Source of the DNA: an uncultured Gammaproteobacteria bacterium
GTDB taxonomy: Bacteria > Patescibacteriota > Microgenomatia > Daviesbacterales > UBA10151
DNA: 64,000 nt
Assembly: GCA_964524895.1 (NCBI GenBank)
Contig: CAZGFG010000003.1
Span: forward strand, 34,023-98,022
Reading direction: 5' to 3'
Below the pieces are notes generated by a model. The model had not been told where the DNA came from, searched no databases, and worked only from the letters and a program-made list of their open reading frames with translations. Positions within the stretch are counted from its first letter, which is position 1; every line of letters starts with the position of its first letter. A program made the translations under genes and the position numbers. Below are positions 10,129 through 20,858 of this stretch, in pieces.

Positions 10129-11544
10129 ATGAACAAATTTTACATAACTGCTGCCATACCATATGTCAATGCTAAACCGCATATAGGTCATGCTTTGGAG
10201 TTTATACAAACCGATACTATAGCCCGATATCACAAACTATTGGGAGAGCAAGTTTTGGCTTTATCAGGAGGAGATGAAAACGCCTTGAAAAATGTCCAAG
10301 CTGCAGAAGCCGCCGGTAAAAATATTCAGGAGTTTGTTGATAAAAATACCCAACTCTTTGCCGATGCTGCGAAAAAATTAAATGTCCTCTTCAATGTCTT
10401 CCAAAAGGGAAGCAGCCAAAATCATCATAGAGCATCGCAAAAGCTTTGGCAGCTTTGTGATGCAAACGGAGATATCTATCGCAAAGCTTACAAAGGCCTT
10501 TATTGTGTAGGCTGCGAAGCTTTCTATACCAAAGAAGAATTAAACGAGGCAGGGGAATGCTTCGAACATCCTGGGAAAAAGCTGGAGGAGGTTGAAGAAG
10601 AAAACTATTTTTTTAGACTTTCAAAATATCAGAATAAATTAGCTGAAATTATTCAGTCAGGAGAATATGAAATTATCCCAGAATTTAGAAAAAATGAGGT
10701 TTTGTCTTTTATACAAAGCGGCTTACAGGATTTTTCAATTTCCAGAAGTAATGAGCGAGCAAAGAACTGGGGAGTAGCTGTCCCAGGGGACAACAACCAA
10801 AGGATTTATGTTTGGTTTGATGCCTTAAATATTTATCAGTCAGGTGTAGGCTTTGGGTGGAATGAAGAAAAATACAAAAAATGGTGGCCGGCAGACGTGC
10901 ATGTGATTGGGAAAGGAATTATTAGATTCCACGCAGTTTACTGGCCAGCGATTTTACTTTCGGCCAGTCTCCCCCTACCTAAAAAATTATTTGTCCATGA
11001 ATACTTCACAGTAAACGGGCAAAAGATGTCCAAAACATTAGGCAATGTCTATGACCCTCTAGTAGCACTCGATAAGTTTGGGGTAGACGCGCTGCGCTAC
11101 TACTGTTTGGCCAAAATTTCACCTTTCCAGGATGGAGACTTCTCTGAAGAAAGACTAGCAGAAAGCTACAATGCTGATTTGGCTAATGGTTTAGGGAATT
11201 TGGTGGCTAGGGTGGCTAAGTTGGCTGAAACAAATAATTTAACTGCTCCAGAGCCACTTTTGGCATTTGACCCAAAGATGGAAAAGTCACTACAAGAGTT
11301 TAAATTTAATGAAGCTATAGCACATATTTGGCAAGAGGTAGCCGAGGCGGATAAAAAAGTCAGCGATGAAAAACCCTGGGAACTGGAAGGGGGAAAAGCC
11401 AAGGAGGTTTTAACCGATTTGGTTAAAAAAGTACAGCATATAGGGTATAACCTGCAGCCGTTTTTGCCGGAAACAGCGGAAAAGATCCTGAACCAATTTT
11501 CCGGAAAAGTAAAATCCGCACCACCCCTTTTCCCAAGAACATAA
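10129..11544 (+). CDS. metG: Methionine--tRNA ligase (short form)
   Basis: PYVNAKPHIGH, YCVGCE, YVWFDAL, KMSKT. Confidence 0.95.
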   Translation: MNKFYITAAIPYVNAKPHIGHALEFIQTDTIARYHKLLGEQVLALSGGDENALKNVQAAEAAGKNIQEFVDKNTQLFADAAKKLNVLFNVFQKGSSQNHHRASQKLWQLCDANGDIYRKAYKGLYCVGCEAFYTKEELNEAGECFEHPGKKLEEVEEENYFFRLSKYQNKLAEIIQSGEYEIIPEFRKNEVLSFIQSGLQDFSISRSNERAKNWGVAVPGDNNQRIYVWFDALNIYQSGVGFGWNEEKYKKWWPADVHVIGKGIIRFHAVYWPAILLSASLPLPKKLFVHEYFTVNGQKMSKTLGNVYDPLVALDKFGVDALRYYCLAKISPFQDGDFSEERLAESYNADLANGLGNLVARVAKLAETNNLTAPEPLLAFDPKMEKSLQEFKFNEAIAHIWQEVAEADKKVSDEKPWELEGGKAKEVLTDLVKKVQHIGYNLQPFLPETAEKILNQFSGKVKSAPPLFPRT

Positions 11545-12410
11545 TGTTAATTGATACCCATGCACATCTTTATTGGGAATCCTTTAAAAATGACCTTGAA
11601 GAAGTTATTCAACGTTCCCTTGAGGCGGATGTAAAAACCATAATCAATATTGGTGTGGATGTAAAAACCAGTCAGCTGGCTGCTGAATTGAAATCAGACA
11701 AAATTAAATTTTATAGCTCAATCGGCCTACATCCTCATGAAGCTTCTAAATATTATCACCCAAATTCTTCTCGTATTGATGTATCCATACACCAAGATCT
11801 AGAAAAATTGGGGGAGATATACAAAGAAAATTCCGATAAAGTTACCGCTGCCGGTGAATGTGGCTTAGACTTTGCTTTCGATCCACACTTTATGAAGTCT
11901 CCAGAAGGTACCCCCCTATTACCAAACCAGCTAAAGGATCTGCAAATAAGGCTCTTTGCAGCCCAAATCAAATTAGCACAAAAATTAGACCTTCCCCTGC
12001 TGGTTCATTGCCGAGATGATCGCTCTCAAAATCCACAAAATAGCGAGGCTTGGGATTTATGTCTTCAGATGATTGGAGACCACCCAGTACTCTTGCACTG
12101 TTATAGCGGACTGGTGGAGAGTACCAAAAAAGTTCTGCAGATGCCTAACGTTTTCGTGTCCTTTGCTGCAACAATCACCTATCCCAAAAATGAACATCTG
12201 CGTGAAGCTGCACAGTTCTTGCCCCTGCAAAAGATAGTTTTGGAAACAGATTGTCCCTTTCTCCCTCCGCAGTCCAAAAGAGGACAACGCAATGAACCTG
12301 CAGCAATCCAAGAGATAGCTTCCCTTATTGCCCAACTCAAAGGCATAAGCCTGGGGAAAGTCTGCAACCAAACTTCAGAAAATGCATCTACGCTCCTGAA
12401 GCTAAAATAA
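11544..12410 (+). CDS. tatD: TatD-family DNase
   Basis: DTHAH, GLHP, GECGLD, VHCR, LHCYS, ETDCPFL. Confidence 0.92.
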   Translation: MLIDTHAHLYWESFKNDLEEVIQRSLEADVKTIINIGVDVKTSQLAAELKSDKIKFYSSIGLHPHEASKYYHPNSSRIDVSIHQDLEKLGEIYKENSDKVTAAGECGLDFAFDPHFMKSPEGTPLLPNQLKDLQIRLFAAQIKLAQKLDLPLLVHCRDDRSQNPQNSEAWDLCLQMIGDHPVLLHCYSGLVESTKKVLQMPNVFVSFAATITYPKNEHLREAAQFLPLQKIVLETDCPFLPPQSKRGQRNEPAAIQEIASLIAQLKGISLGKVCNQTSENASTLLKLK

Positions 12411-12411
12411 G

Positions 12412-14241
12412 TTGCTTTTGGGACCTATTTTCTTTAAACTTAAGCTTGCTATGAGAATTATCTTAGCCTTCATTGCAGGCTTACTGCTCTTTTTTTATCT
12501 ATCCGAATTCTATTATCGGATTAACAAGAAACACTCTTTTGGAATTTATCTAACCAACAGCCTGGTAGGACTCTCTTTAGGCTTGATAGGAACTTTTATT
12601 AGCTTCTTTGGAGCTAATATTTTACCCGGTATCAATGTTTTGCTAGGACTTTTTTTAATTGGAGGAGGATTGGGTATGGTTATTCATCACCTCCTTTCCA
12701 GACGATATTTAATTTCCGAAAGGCTGGAGAAAGATTTTGTCCTACGGCATGAGAATCTTTTCGAGAGGCTTTTGGAAATTCTCCCCGGCGCAACCACTTG
12801 GATAGCTCTCACCTCACCTGTCTGGCTTTCTTTTACACTCCCCTTTGCTGTGGCCTACTTAATTTTAATTGCCGATGTCTATTGGCTGATTACTGCCTTA
12901 AGAATTGGCGTCTTGATTCTGGTAGGTTTCAGAAAAATGGAGTGGGCTAAAAAACAAAACTGGTTGGAACTGCTAAAGCAAGATTTTCCAAATCAATGGG
13001 ATAAATATTATCACCTCATACTTATCCCTACCTATAAAGAACCCCTGGGGGTACTGACCCCCGCTTATGATGCGATTAAAAATTCCCCTTATCCTAAAGA
13101 TAAAATTTTCTTGGCGGTAGGATTTGAGGATCGGGACGACCCGGAAAAAATTCGAGAAGCTACTAAATATTTAGGCAGTTTGGGTAAGGAAATTGCTGGG
13201 GTATTTGCTACTGTTCACCCTTTCGGTTTACCGGGAGAAGTACCGGGACCGGGGTCTAATAGAAACTGGATGATCAACCATGCTGTTTCGGAACTTGCCA
13301 AAATGGGTATTAAGCCTAATCAAGTCCTAACAACCACTTTGGATGCAGATTTTGTTATACATCCCCAATTCTTAGCCGGGGCTTTACATAAATACCTCTC
13401 TTTACCCCAAAGCGTTCGAGATCGCCGAAGCCTTACCGGTATATTCCTTTACCACAACAATTATTGGCAAACCCCCACTCCTATGAGGCTTATGGCAACC
13501 GGAACCAGCTTTTGGCAATTGGCCGAGATGGTGGGAAGCGATAAATATATCAATTACTCCTCCCTATCTATGAATTTGCAATCACTGCTGGATATCGGTC
13601 TGTGGATGCCGGACAAAGTGAACGATGACTCGGGATTTTATTGGAAAGCCTATTATCATTACAACGGAGATTATAAGGTCCTTCCTCATTTTCTGCCTAT
13701 ATCTGCAGATGCGGTTCAGGATAAAACCATGTTAAAAACTTTTCAAAATCAATATCTACAAATCAAACGCTGGGCTTACGGGGTTGAACATATCCCCTTT
13801 ATCGTTAAACAATATTTTAAAAAGGAGGTAGATTTTTGGGACAAAACCGATAAGCTGATTTTTGTAATTTGGGGATATCTGAAATGGGGGTTTTTGGCAA
13901 TCTTTATTACATTTGGTAGCTTACTAATTCCTCTAGCCAATCCAAATTTTAAAGAATCCGTCCTATCTATTAATTTACCTATTGTTTCGTCTTGGATATT
14001 AACCGCAGCCTTTTTGGGCCTTTTTGCAACTATCTATGTCCATGAGAAAACTGCCCCAAAAAGACCTGCCAGTTGGTCTTTTTTCAAAAGAACTTGGTCA
14101 TACATCCAATGGTTACTGGTTCCTATCATCTTAATAACCATTTCTTCTATTCCGGCCATTGATGCCCAAACTTCTCTGATGTTCGGGAAAAGACTGGAGT
14201 TTAGAGTCACAAACAAAGCCAGGCTGGCAGAAAAAGCATGA
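12412..14241 (+). CDS. Polytopic GT2 glycosyltransferase
   Basis: IPTYKE, DAD, DD and QIKRW (QxxRW) motifs with flanking TMs. Confidence 0.85.
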   Translation: MLLGPIFFKLKLAMRIILAFIAGLLLFFYLSEFYYRINKKHSFGIYLTNSLVGLSLGLIGTFISFFGANILPGINVLLGLFLIGGGLGMVIHHLLSRRYLISERLEKDFVLRHENLFERLLEILPGATTWIALTSPVWLSFTLPFAVAYLILIADVYWLITALRIGVLILVGFRKMEWAKKQNWLELLKQDFPNQWDKYYHLILIPTYKEPLGVLTPAYDAIKNSPYPKDKIFLAVGFEDRDDPEKIREATKYLGSLGKEIAGVFATVHPFGLPGEVPGPGSNRNWMINHAVSELAKMGIKPNQVLTTTLDADFVIHPQFLAGALHKYLSLPQSVRDRRSLTGIFLYHNNYWQTPTPMRLMATGTSFWQLAEMVGSDKYINYSSLSMNLQSLLDIGLWMPDKVNDDSGFYWKAYYHYNGDYKVLPHFLPISADAVQDKTMLKTFQNQYLQIKRWAYGVEHIPFIVKQYFKKEVDFWDKTDKLIFVIWGYLKWGFLAIFITFGSLLIPLANPNFKESVLSINLPIVSSWILTAAFLGLFATIYVHEKTAPKRPASWSFFKRTWSYIQWLLVPIILITISSIPAIDAQTSLMFGKRLEFRVTNKARLAEKA

Positions 14242-14606
14242 ATAATTTTAAACACTCCTCTAAAATTGGGCAGTCTATTAATCTAAAATCCGTTATTGGG
14301 CTAAACATGATCCCAATAGCAGTAGCCTTGCTGACAGGTTTGGTGATTATAATCTTATTTAGGTATTTGCCCAAAGAAATGCCGCTTTTTTACTCGATGC
14401 CTTGGGGAAAAAAGCAATTGGCGAACCCTCAACAATTTTTTGTAATTCCTTTTCTGATGATATTGGTCACCTTCATAAATCAAATAATTGCTTGGCAGTT
14501 GCATGAGTCACAAAAATTTTTTAAAAAAATACTTCTGATAACTTCATTTGTGGCAAGCGGGATATTGATCATTACTTTCATTAGAATTATCTGGATATTT
14601 ATATAG
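14238..14606 (+). CDS. Small membrane protein (DUF1648-like)
   Basis: Three TMs, LPKEMPLFYSMPWG. Confidence 0.55.
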   Translation: MNNFKHSSKIGQSINLKSVIGLNMIPIAVALLTGLVIIILFRYLPKEMPLFYSMPWGKKQLANPQQFFVIPFLMILVTFINQIIAWQLHESQKFFKKILLITSFVASGILIITFIRIIWIFI

Positions 14607-15695
14607 ATGGAATTTATATTACCTGCAGTTGCGTCTTTAGTAATTACTTCGGCAGCTGTATTCCCCACTATTTGGATTGCAAAAAAATACCGTTTATTAA
14701 ACGACCCCAGTCAAAGACCCCATCCTGCTCATGTCCAAAATCGTATCATTCCCAGAGCGGGGGGCTTGGCAATCTTTGCGGGTATCTGTATATCCATACT
14801 GCTGTTTCTACCACTGGAGAAACACATCCTAGGAATTCTTCTTTCTCTTTTAATACTGCTGGTTGTCGGGCTGATTGATGATAAGTACAAAAACTTTTCA
14901 CCATACATCAGGCTGTTAACCCAGTTTCTAGTAGCATTAATTGTAGTCGGCTCCGGCATTGGGATCACTTTTATTACCAATCCTTTAGGAGGTATTATTC
15001 GGCTTGATTCCATTGTTTTACCGGTCAATCTTGGGGGGTTCCATCAGATCATCTTAATTGCCGACTTTTTTGCATTGATTTGGATAGTCTGGATGATGAA
15101 TATGGTCAACTGGTCAAAAGGGGTGGATGGACAAATGCCGGGGATTATTTTAATAGCAGCTCTGATTTTAGGGTTTTTATCTATAAAGCTGGGAGTTTTG
15201 GAAAATGACCCAAACCAAATTACCATCGCTAAATTAGCTTTTATCACAGCCGGTGCATCTTTAGGGTTCTTACTTTTTAACTGGTATCCGGCTAAGATTT
15301 TACCCGGTTTTTCCGGTTCTACTATTTTGGGTTTTATGATAGCAGTTTTATCAATTTTATCGGGAGCTAAACTGGCAACTGCCGGGCTGGTGTTACTTGT
15401 ACCTGCCACCGACTTTTTTTATACATTTATAAGAAGAATTCTTCAGGGAAAATCTCCTGTGTGGGGAGACAGGGGTCATCTGCATCACAAATTATTGGAT
15501 TTGGGGTTTTCTCACTCCCAAATAGCCTTGTTTTACATTATAGGAAGTGTTATTCTGGGTGCAGCCGCCTTAAGCTTGGATAGTAAGAATAAACTTTTTG
15601 CGGCTGTCTTATTAGGAACAATAATTTTGGGATCAATTTTATGGTTACACTTTTTTGGGGAATTTTCAAAGCGGTCCGGCCCCGGCAATGGATAA
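14607..15695 (+). CDS. WecA/TagO (MraY-family) polyprenyl-phosphate GlcNAc-1-P transferase
   Basis: PRAGG, GLIDD, NMVNWSKGVDG, DRGHLHH. Confidence 0.88.
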   Translation: MEFILPAVASLVITSAAVFPTIWIAKKYRLLNDPSQRPHPAHVQNRIIPRAGGLAIFAGICISILLFLPLEKHILGILLSLLILLVVGLIDDKYKNFSPYIRLLTQFLVALIVVGSGIGITFITNPLGGIIRLDSIVLPVNLGGFHQIILIADFFALIWIVWMMNMVNWSKGVDGQMPGIILIAALILGFLSIKLGVLENDPNQITIAKLAFITAGASLGFLLFNWYPAKILPGFSGSTILGFMIAVLSILSGAKLATAGLVLLVPATDFFYTFIRRILQGKSPVWGDRGHLHHKLLDLGFSHSQIALFYIIGSVILGAAALSLDSKNKLFAAVLLGTIILGSILWLHFFGEFSKRSGPGNG

Positions 15696-16573
15696 AAAAT
15701 TTTGCTGTTTTTGCAGCACTTATTTTTTCCGGAGCCCTGCTTGACCACTCTGCACAGTTAAATACTCTATTTGCTTTCCTGCTTTTTTGCGGTTTTTCTT
15801 CAGCTACTTACTTATTGAATGATGTTTTTGACGTTGAGCGTGACCGACTACACCCTTTTAAAAGGAAGCGGCCTGTTGCATCCGGGATTGTCCCTATACC
15901 TTTAGCAATAAGTTTGTCTTTGGGTTTGATAATCATCCTACTACCTCTTGCATATAAGCTATCTCCGGCATTCTTTTTGGCTTCAGTTACCTATTTAGTT
16001 TTACAACTCTTTTATTCGTTTTATTTAAAACAGGTTATTTTACTCGATGTTATGGTTATAGCTACCGGTTTTGTCTTACGGGTCTATGCCGGAGTCTGGG
16101 CGATAGATGCCCATCTAAATGTTTGGTTTCTTCTGTCTGTTACCTCATTCGCGCTCTTTCTGGCCATCGGTAAAAGAAGATCGGAGTTAACCTTAATGCA
16201 AACTCAAGCATCTAAACACCGGGAAACTTTGTCACATTATCCGGAGAATTTGTTAGATATCCTTACTTCTATGTTTGCCAACTCTACTTGGCTAACTTAT
16301 GCTTTTTTTGCGTTTTTGCAACCTCCAATAGTAGCAAAAAATATCTTCTCCAACTTCTTTGTAGATTTGGAGCTCCCCTTTACCCAAGCCAAATATCTGA
16401 TGGCCACAGTACCAATAGTCATCTATGCAGTTATGCGGTATCTCTATATAATCTATGAGAAAAAAGAAGGAGAGTCTCCGGAGAGGGTAATTCTGACAGA
16501 TACTCCTCTGCTAGTTACAGTTTTACTCTGGCTAATAATGGTGGTCGGAATGATCTACTATTTAGGAGTTTGA
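15641..16573 (+). CDS. UbiA-family prenyltransferase (decaprenyl-phosphate phosphoribosyltransferase-like)
   Basis: RPRQWIKN, YLLNDVFDVERDRLHPFKRKRPVASG, GKRRSE, GESPE. Confidence 0.88.
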   Translation: MVTLFWGIFKAVRPRQWIKNFAVFAALIFSGALLDHSAQLNTLFAFLLFCGFSSATYLLNDVFDVERDRLHPFKRKRPVASGIVPIPLAISLSLGLIIILLPLAYKLSPAFFLASVTYLVLQLFYSFYLKQVILLDVMVIATGFVLRVYAGVWAIDAHLNVWFLLSVTSFALFLAIGKRRSELTLMQTQASKHRETLSHYPENLLDILTSMFANSTWLTYAFFAFLQPPIVAKNIFSNFFVDLELPFTQAKYLMATVPIVIYAVMRYLYIIYEKKEGESPERVILTDTPLLVTVLLWLIMVVGMIYYLGV

Positions 16574-17373
16574 ACCTCTTCTTTTTTTTCAACATAGGCA
16601 GAAGACACAAATCCTTCCGCCCCATCCGATAATCTTACTCTATCCCAAGACCCTTCCTCCAAAAGTATCAACTCGTCTCCGGGATTCACCCTGGCAATCT
16701 CCTTACCCAACAGAGAACCTTTATCCCGAACGCGGAGAAAACCAGTGGGGGTCTCTTTTACGGTTACCATTGGAGTAGTCGTAGTAACCGGTGTTGAGGG
16801 GGTAGCCAGATCAACTTCAGATAAAGCCAGATCAACCGTAATAACTAGGTTGTAGTTTTCTGGAAGGTTAGCTCTGATACTTCTTTTAAGATAATTATTA
16901 TGGCTTAGAGCAAAAGTGTGCTCCCCGGTTGGGATATCTACCGACAAAGGAGTATGCCCATAATATTTTCCATCAATTTCGACTTGAGTATCGGAGGGAT
17001 TGGAGATAAGAGTCACCCCTTTACCCTTCTCGAGTGTGAGTGTTTCACCTGCCGAAGAGGTTCCATCTTTTGACAGCTCACGGTTGACTACTGTTAAAGT
17101 ACCGGGGGCCAGGCTTATTTTCCCCTGCCAAAAAGCATTTTCTTTCTCGATCCGCAATTCATAATCTTGATTTACTAGGTCCTCACTTTCATAGGGGGTC
17201 TTACCAACTTCCTTATTCTCAATTTTAACAATTGCATTCTCCGGCAAAGACAATACCCTGATTCCGCTCTTTTCCTTAATCCCTAAAAAAATTACGGCCG
17301 GATTCGCAGCAAATCTAACTACTAAAAAAAGGAGGCCAATAAGAGCCAAAATCCAAATAATTATCTTTTTCAT
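16558..17373 (-). CDS. PEGA + SH3 domain membrane-anchored protein
   Basis: Two PEGA repeats (VGKTP, YGHTP); C-terminal TPTGFLRVR...GFVSSAYV SH3; TATAAT 7 nt upstream of ATG. Confidence 0.85.
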   Translation of the reverse strand: MKKIIIWILALIGLLFLVVRFAANPAVIFLGIKEKSGIRVLSLPENAIVKIENKEVGKTPYESEDLVNQDYELRIEKENAFWQGKISLAPGTLTVVNRELSKDGTSSAGETLTLEKGKGVTLISNPSDTQVEIDGKYYGHTPLSVDIPTGEHTFALSHNNYLKRSIRANLPENYNLVITVDLALSEVDLATPSTPVTTTTPMVTVKETPTGFLRVRDKGSLLGKEIARVNPGDELILLEEGSWDRVRLSDGAEGFVSSAYVEKKEEVQTPK

Positions 17374-17449
17374 CTTCAATATTATACACTGTCTCTTTTG
17401 ACTTTTGATCTTGAGTTTGATATGATATTGCCTCCCCAAGCTGACAAGC

Positions 17450-18187
17450 TTGGGTTTTGTGTTAAATATAACTTTACAAAATCTTCTGCCTAAAGAAGTT
17501 TATAAAGGGGTCGCCCTAAATTATAAACTTCCCAACATTAAGCCAAAGATTATAAAGGGGTTTAGGCGGCTTACTAAATACTTTTCCAAAATTACCCTTG
17601 GGATTTTTATCCTCTTCTATTTTTTGGGGTACTATCCTACTTTAACCATCCCACCCCTTAGACAAAGTGTAGTTTTAGCAGATAACCAAGTTCAGAAGCA
17701 GGAGATTATCGCTGCTTCTTTTCCGCAGCCGGTAGTACTACCCCATCCAGGTTATATTTCTACTAACTTCTCAAGATATCATCCCGGGCTAGACATTGCT
17801 GCCGGATTGGGTATGCCTATTCACCCAATTACCAAAGGTATAGTTGATGAGGTAAATTTTGGGTTTTTGGGATATGGTAACAATGTTATGGTTATTCATG
17901 AAAATGGATTTAAATCCCTTTATGCTCATATGGGAAGGATTTATGTGAAGAGAGGTCAACAAGTAAGCGTGGATACTACCCTAGGAACTGTTGGATTAAC
18001 CGGTCATACTTCCGGCCCTCACACTCATTTAGAGATTACCAAAGATGGCAAATATATCGATCCCTTGACTATCCTTCCTCCATTACCTGATTATCCTGTA
18101 GAAGAAGCTTTTAAACCGGTAGAGGAAGTGGTTATTCTTGAGGAACCTTCCCAGCTTCATAAAACTCTGCGGCCTGATTTTAGCTAA
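17450..18187 (+). CDS. M23 family metallopeptidase
   Basis: HPGLDI, YAHM, GPHTHLE; start codon uncertain. Confidence 0.9.
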   Translation: MGFVLNITLQNLLPKEVYKGVALNYKLPNIKPKIIKGFRRLTKYFSKITLGIFILFYFLGYYPTLTIPPLRQSVVLADNQVQKQEIIAASFPQPVVLPHPGYISTNFSRYHPGLDIAAGLGMPIHPITKGIVDEVNFGFLGYGNNVMVIHENGFKSLYAHMGRIYVKRGQQVSVDTTLGTVGLTGHTSGPHTHLEITKDGKYIDPLTILPPLPDYPVEEAFKPVEEVVILEEPSQLHKTLRPDFS

Positions 18188-18190
18188 AGA

Positions 18191-18784
18191 TTATTCAACT
18201 ATCTCGCCTTCAACCGCAGATAGTGAAACTGCCTGCTTGCCGTATTGCTCCCGTTCTCTATTAATCAAGCGTTCCAATAAATTCTTAAGCTCTATCGGGT
18301 AATCAACGTGTCTTAATACTATCTCAACTTTATTCATACCGGCAGTGTTTATGACTATATCTCCATGATGCAAAAACATCCTATCTATAAAGGGTTGTAA
18401 TACTTCCAAATGGGTAATTTTATCCAGAAGGGTAGTGCTTAACTTAACGGAAAAAAGTCCTTGCTTAATTATTACCCGACGGGTAGTTAGGAGGTATCGG
18501 TTAGCATGGAACAACCACAAAGTTTTTAATACAGCAGCGGTAAGTGCCATGATTATAGACAATAATAGGGTCACTTTTATATCCCACTTTAAAACCCAGC
18601 CCATAAAATAGCCCAGAGAGCCAAACAAAATTCCCGGGAATAAAAGATATATGGCAAACTTGGAACGGATATAGGCAGCGGAAAATCCTGTTACTAAGAT
18701 CAGCTCTTCGTCTTCGGATAGATAAGGCTTGAATGCAGCTCTTTGGGTAACAGTTGGAGAGTCTTTGTAATGAAACTTGGCCAT
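18191..18784 (-). CDS. Bacterial PH-domain (bPH_2) membrane protein
   Basis: Two TMs then YLLTTRRVIIKQGLFS...GDIVINTAG. Confidence 0.75.
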   Translation of the reverse strand: MAKFHYKDSPTVTQRAAFKPYLSEDEELILVTGFSAAYIRSKFAIYLLFPGILFGSLGYFMGWVLKWDIKVTLLLSIIMALTAAVLKTLWLFHANRYLLTTRRVIIKQGLFSVKLSTTLLDKITHLEVLQPFIDRMFLHHGDIVINTAGMNKVEIVLRHVDYPIELKNLLERLINREREQYGKQAVSLSAVEGEIVE

Positions 18785-18823
18785 TAACTCTATTGTATCA
18801 AATCAACAGAGAGTTTATTCAGT

Positions 18824-20443
18824 TTAATACTCACCCATGCCTGGCATACCGGGAGGTGGGGGTGGTGCGGGAGGTTCCGGTTTATCGGCGATCAGAACAT
18901 TGGTAGTCATTATCATAGCAGCAACCGATGCCGCATTTTGCAAAGCCGATCTGGTAACTTTAACAGGGTCTATTACACCGGCCTTAACCAAATCTTTCAA
19001 CTCTCCATCATTTACATCTACTCCAAAATTCTCTCCTGATTCTAAAACCACTTTCATCATCATCCCGGCATTAAACCCGGCATTTTCCATTAGTTTGTTA
19101 AACGGCCCTTCGATTGCTTTGCCTACTATCACAAGCCCGGTTTTCTCTTCACCTTCAGCTTTAATGTTTTTCAAAACCTTGGAGGCCCGAAGTAAGGCTA
19201 CTTCCCCGCCCGGGACAATCCCTTCCTCTATCGCTGCTTTGGTAGCTGCCACCGCATCTATCACCCGCTCCTTCTTCTCCCTCATCTCAATCTCGGTAGC
19301 AGCACCGACATTGATTACGGCTACTCCACCCGTTAATTTAGCCAGTCTTTCCTGCAGCTTTTCTTTATCAAACTCGGAGTCAGTTGCTTCCAGTTCTCTT
19401 CTGATTTGAGAAATTCTGGCTTCTATTGCGCTTTTTTTGCCTTTACCGTCAACAATTAACGTCGTATCTTTGGTGGAAGTTACCCTCGCTGCCCTACCCA
19501 AATCCTCAATCTCTACCGACTCGATCTTTTTACCGGTATCTTCGGAGATAACAGTTCCCCCTGTTAATATGGCTATGTCTTGCAACATCTCTTTTCTCCT
19601 GTCACCAAAGCCGGGGGCCTGTACGGCCAAGACATTAAACCCTCCGCGCAACTTATTTACTATCAACAGAGCTAATGCTTCACTTTCTACCTCATCGGCA
19701 ATAATCACCATGTTTTTGGATACCTGGACAAACTTTTCCAAAAACGGCACTAAATCCGCAGCTGTAGAAATCTTTTTATCGGTGATTAAAATATAGGGGT
19801 CTTCTATGGAGGCCTCCATCTTATCGGTATCGGTTACAAAGTAGGGAGAAGCAAAGCCTTTATCAAATTCCATCCCTTCTTTATATTCCACATTCATCTC
19901 CAAAGTCTTACCCTCTTCCACTGTAATCACTCCGTCTTTACCAACCTTGGCTAAAGCTTGCGAAATCAATCTACCAATCTCTTCGTTTTGAGCGGAGATT
20001 GTTGCCACCTGGGTGATCTCTTCCGGGGTGGTCAATTTTTTACTCATCTTGGAAAGTTCATCTACTAATGCTTCTACCCCCCGCTCTATCCCTTTTCTTA
20101 GAATCATCGGGTTAGATCCGGCCTGGATATTTTTTAATCCCTCGGAAACCATAGCCTGGGATAAGATGGTAGCAGTAGTAGTACCATCTCCGGCTACATC
20201 GTTGGTCTTACTGGCTGCTTCTTTCAAAAGCTGTGCTCCCATATTTTCAAAAGGATCTTCCAACTCTATTTCTTTGGCAACAGTTACCCCGTCATGGACT
20301 ACATTAGGAGCTCCCCATTTTTTATCCAAGGCTACATTTCTACCCTTGGGGCCCAAAGTAGAAGCCACAGCCTCTGTTAAGGTATTTATACCTTTTAGTA
20401 ATTTCTCCCTTGCTTCAGAATCAAATTTTAAGATTTTTGCCAT
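18824..20443 (-). CDS. groL: Chaperonin GroEL
   Basis: [37 protein letters not shown]. Confidence 0.98.
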   Translation of the reverse strand: MAKILKFDSEAREKLLKGINTLTEAVASTLGPKGRNVALDKKWGAPNVVHDGVTVAKEIELEDPFENMGAQLLKEAASKTNDVAGDGTTTATILSQAMVSEGLKNIQAGSNPMILRKGIERGVEALVDELSKMSKKLTTPEEITQVATISAQNEEIGRLISQALAKVGKDGVITVEEGKTLEMNVEYKEGMEFDKGFASPYFVTDTDKMEASIEDPYILITDKKISTAADLVPFLEKFVQVSKNMVIIADEVESEALALLIVNKLRGGFNVLAVQAPGFGDRRKEMLQDIAILTGGTVISEDTGKKIESVEIEDLGRAARVTSTKDTTLIVDGKGKKSAIEARISQIRRELEATDSEFDKEKLQERLAKLTGGVAVINVGAATEIEMREKKERVIDAVAATKAAIEEGIVPGGEVALLRASKVLKNIKAEGEEKTGLVIVGKAIEGPFNKLMENAGFNAGMMMKVVLESGENFGVDVNDGELKDLVKAGVIDPVKVTRSALQNAASVAAMIMTTNVLIADKPEPPAPPPPPGMPGMGEY

Positions 20444-20446
20444 ATA

Positions 20447-20770
20447 TTATTTTTCCAAGATTGCCATTAAATCATCAAACTTTACCAATTTCAACTCTTT
20501 ACCGGAAATCTTTATCTCATCCCCACCCCATTTTTTATAAACCACTATATCCCCAACTTTAACCGGGGATTTTAATACTTTCCCATTTTCTAAAACCAAA
20601 TCTTCTCCTACTGAAATTACTTTTCCCTGGGCGGGCTTTTCTTGGGCGGATTCAGGAAGGATAATACCAGAGGCGGTTTTAGTTTCCGCTTCCTGGGGCT
20701 CTATTAGAACATACCCCATTAGAGGTTTAATGGTTATGTTTGAGCTGTTGTCTTTTTTAACTTTTGCCAT
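20447..20770 (-). CDS. groS: Co-chaperonin GroES
   Basis: IKPL...KTASGIILPESAQEKP; start at MAKVKK. Confidence 0.95.
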   Translation of the reverse strand: MAKVKKDNSSNITIKPLMGYVLIEPQEAETKTASGIILPESAQEKPAQGKVISVGEDLVLENGKVLKSPVKVGDIVVYKKWGGDEIKISGKELKLVKFDDLMAILEK

Positions 20771-20824
20771 ATTTATCTCTTGGTTGAATTTTAGGGGCAG
20801 CAGCAGGATAAGTTTATATAACAA

Positions 20825-20851
20825 TAAGCACTACTTGTCAAGAGGTGCTAA
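20825..20851 (-). promoter_or_regulatory. CIRCE (HrcA operator) overlapping the groES -35
   Basis: Minus strand TTAGCACCT-N9-TAGTGCTTA vs consensus TTAGCACTC-N9-GAGTGCTAA; N9 contains TTGACA, with TATAAA 17 nt downstream. Confidence 0.85.
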
Positions 20852-20858
20852 GAATCTC

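Noticed and set aside
18837-20540. Long antisense ORFs over groEL, and similar ones over dnaN, virB4, tsaD and others
   Set aside because: Shadow frames of conserved genes with no motifs or independent expression signals
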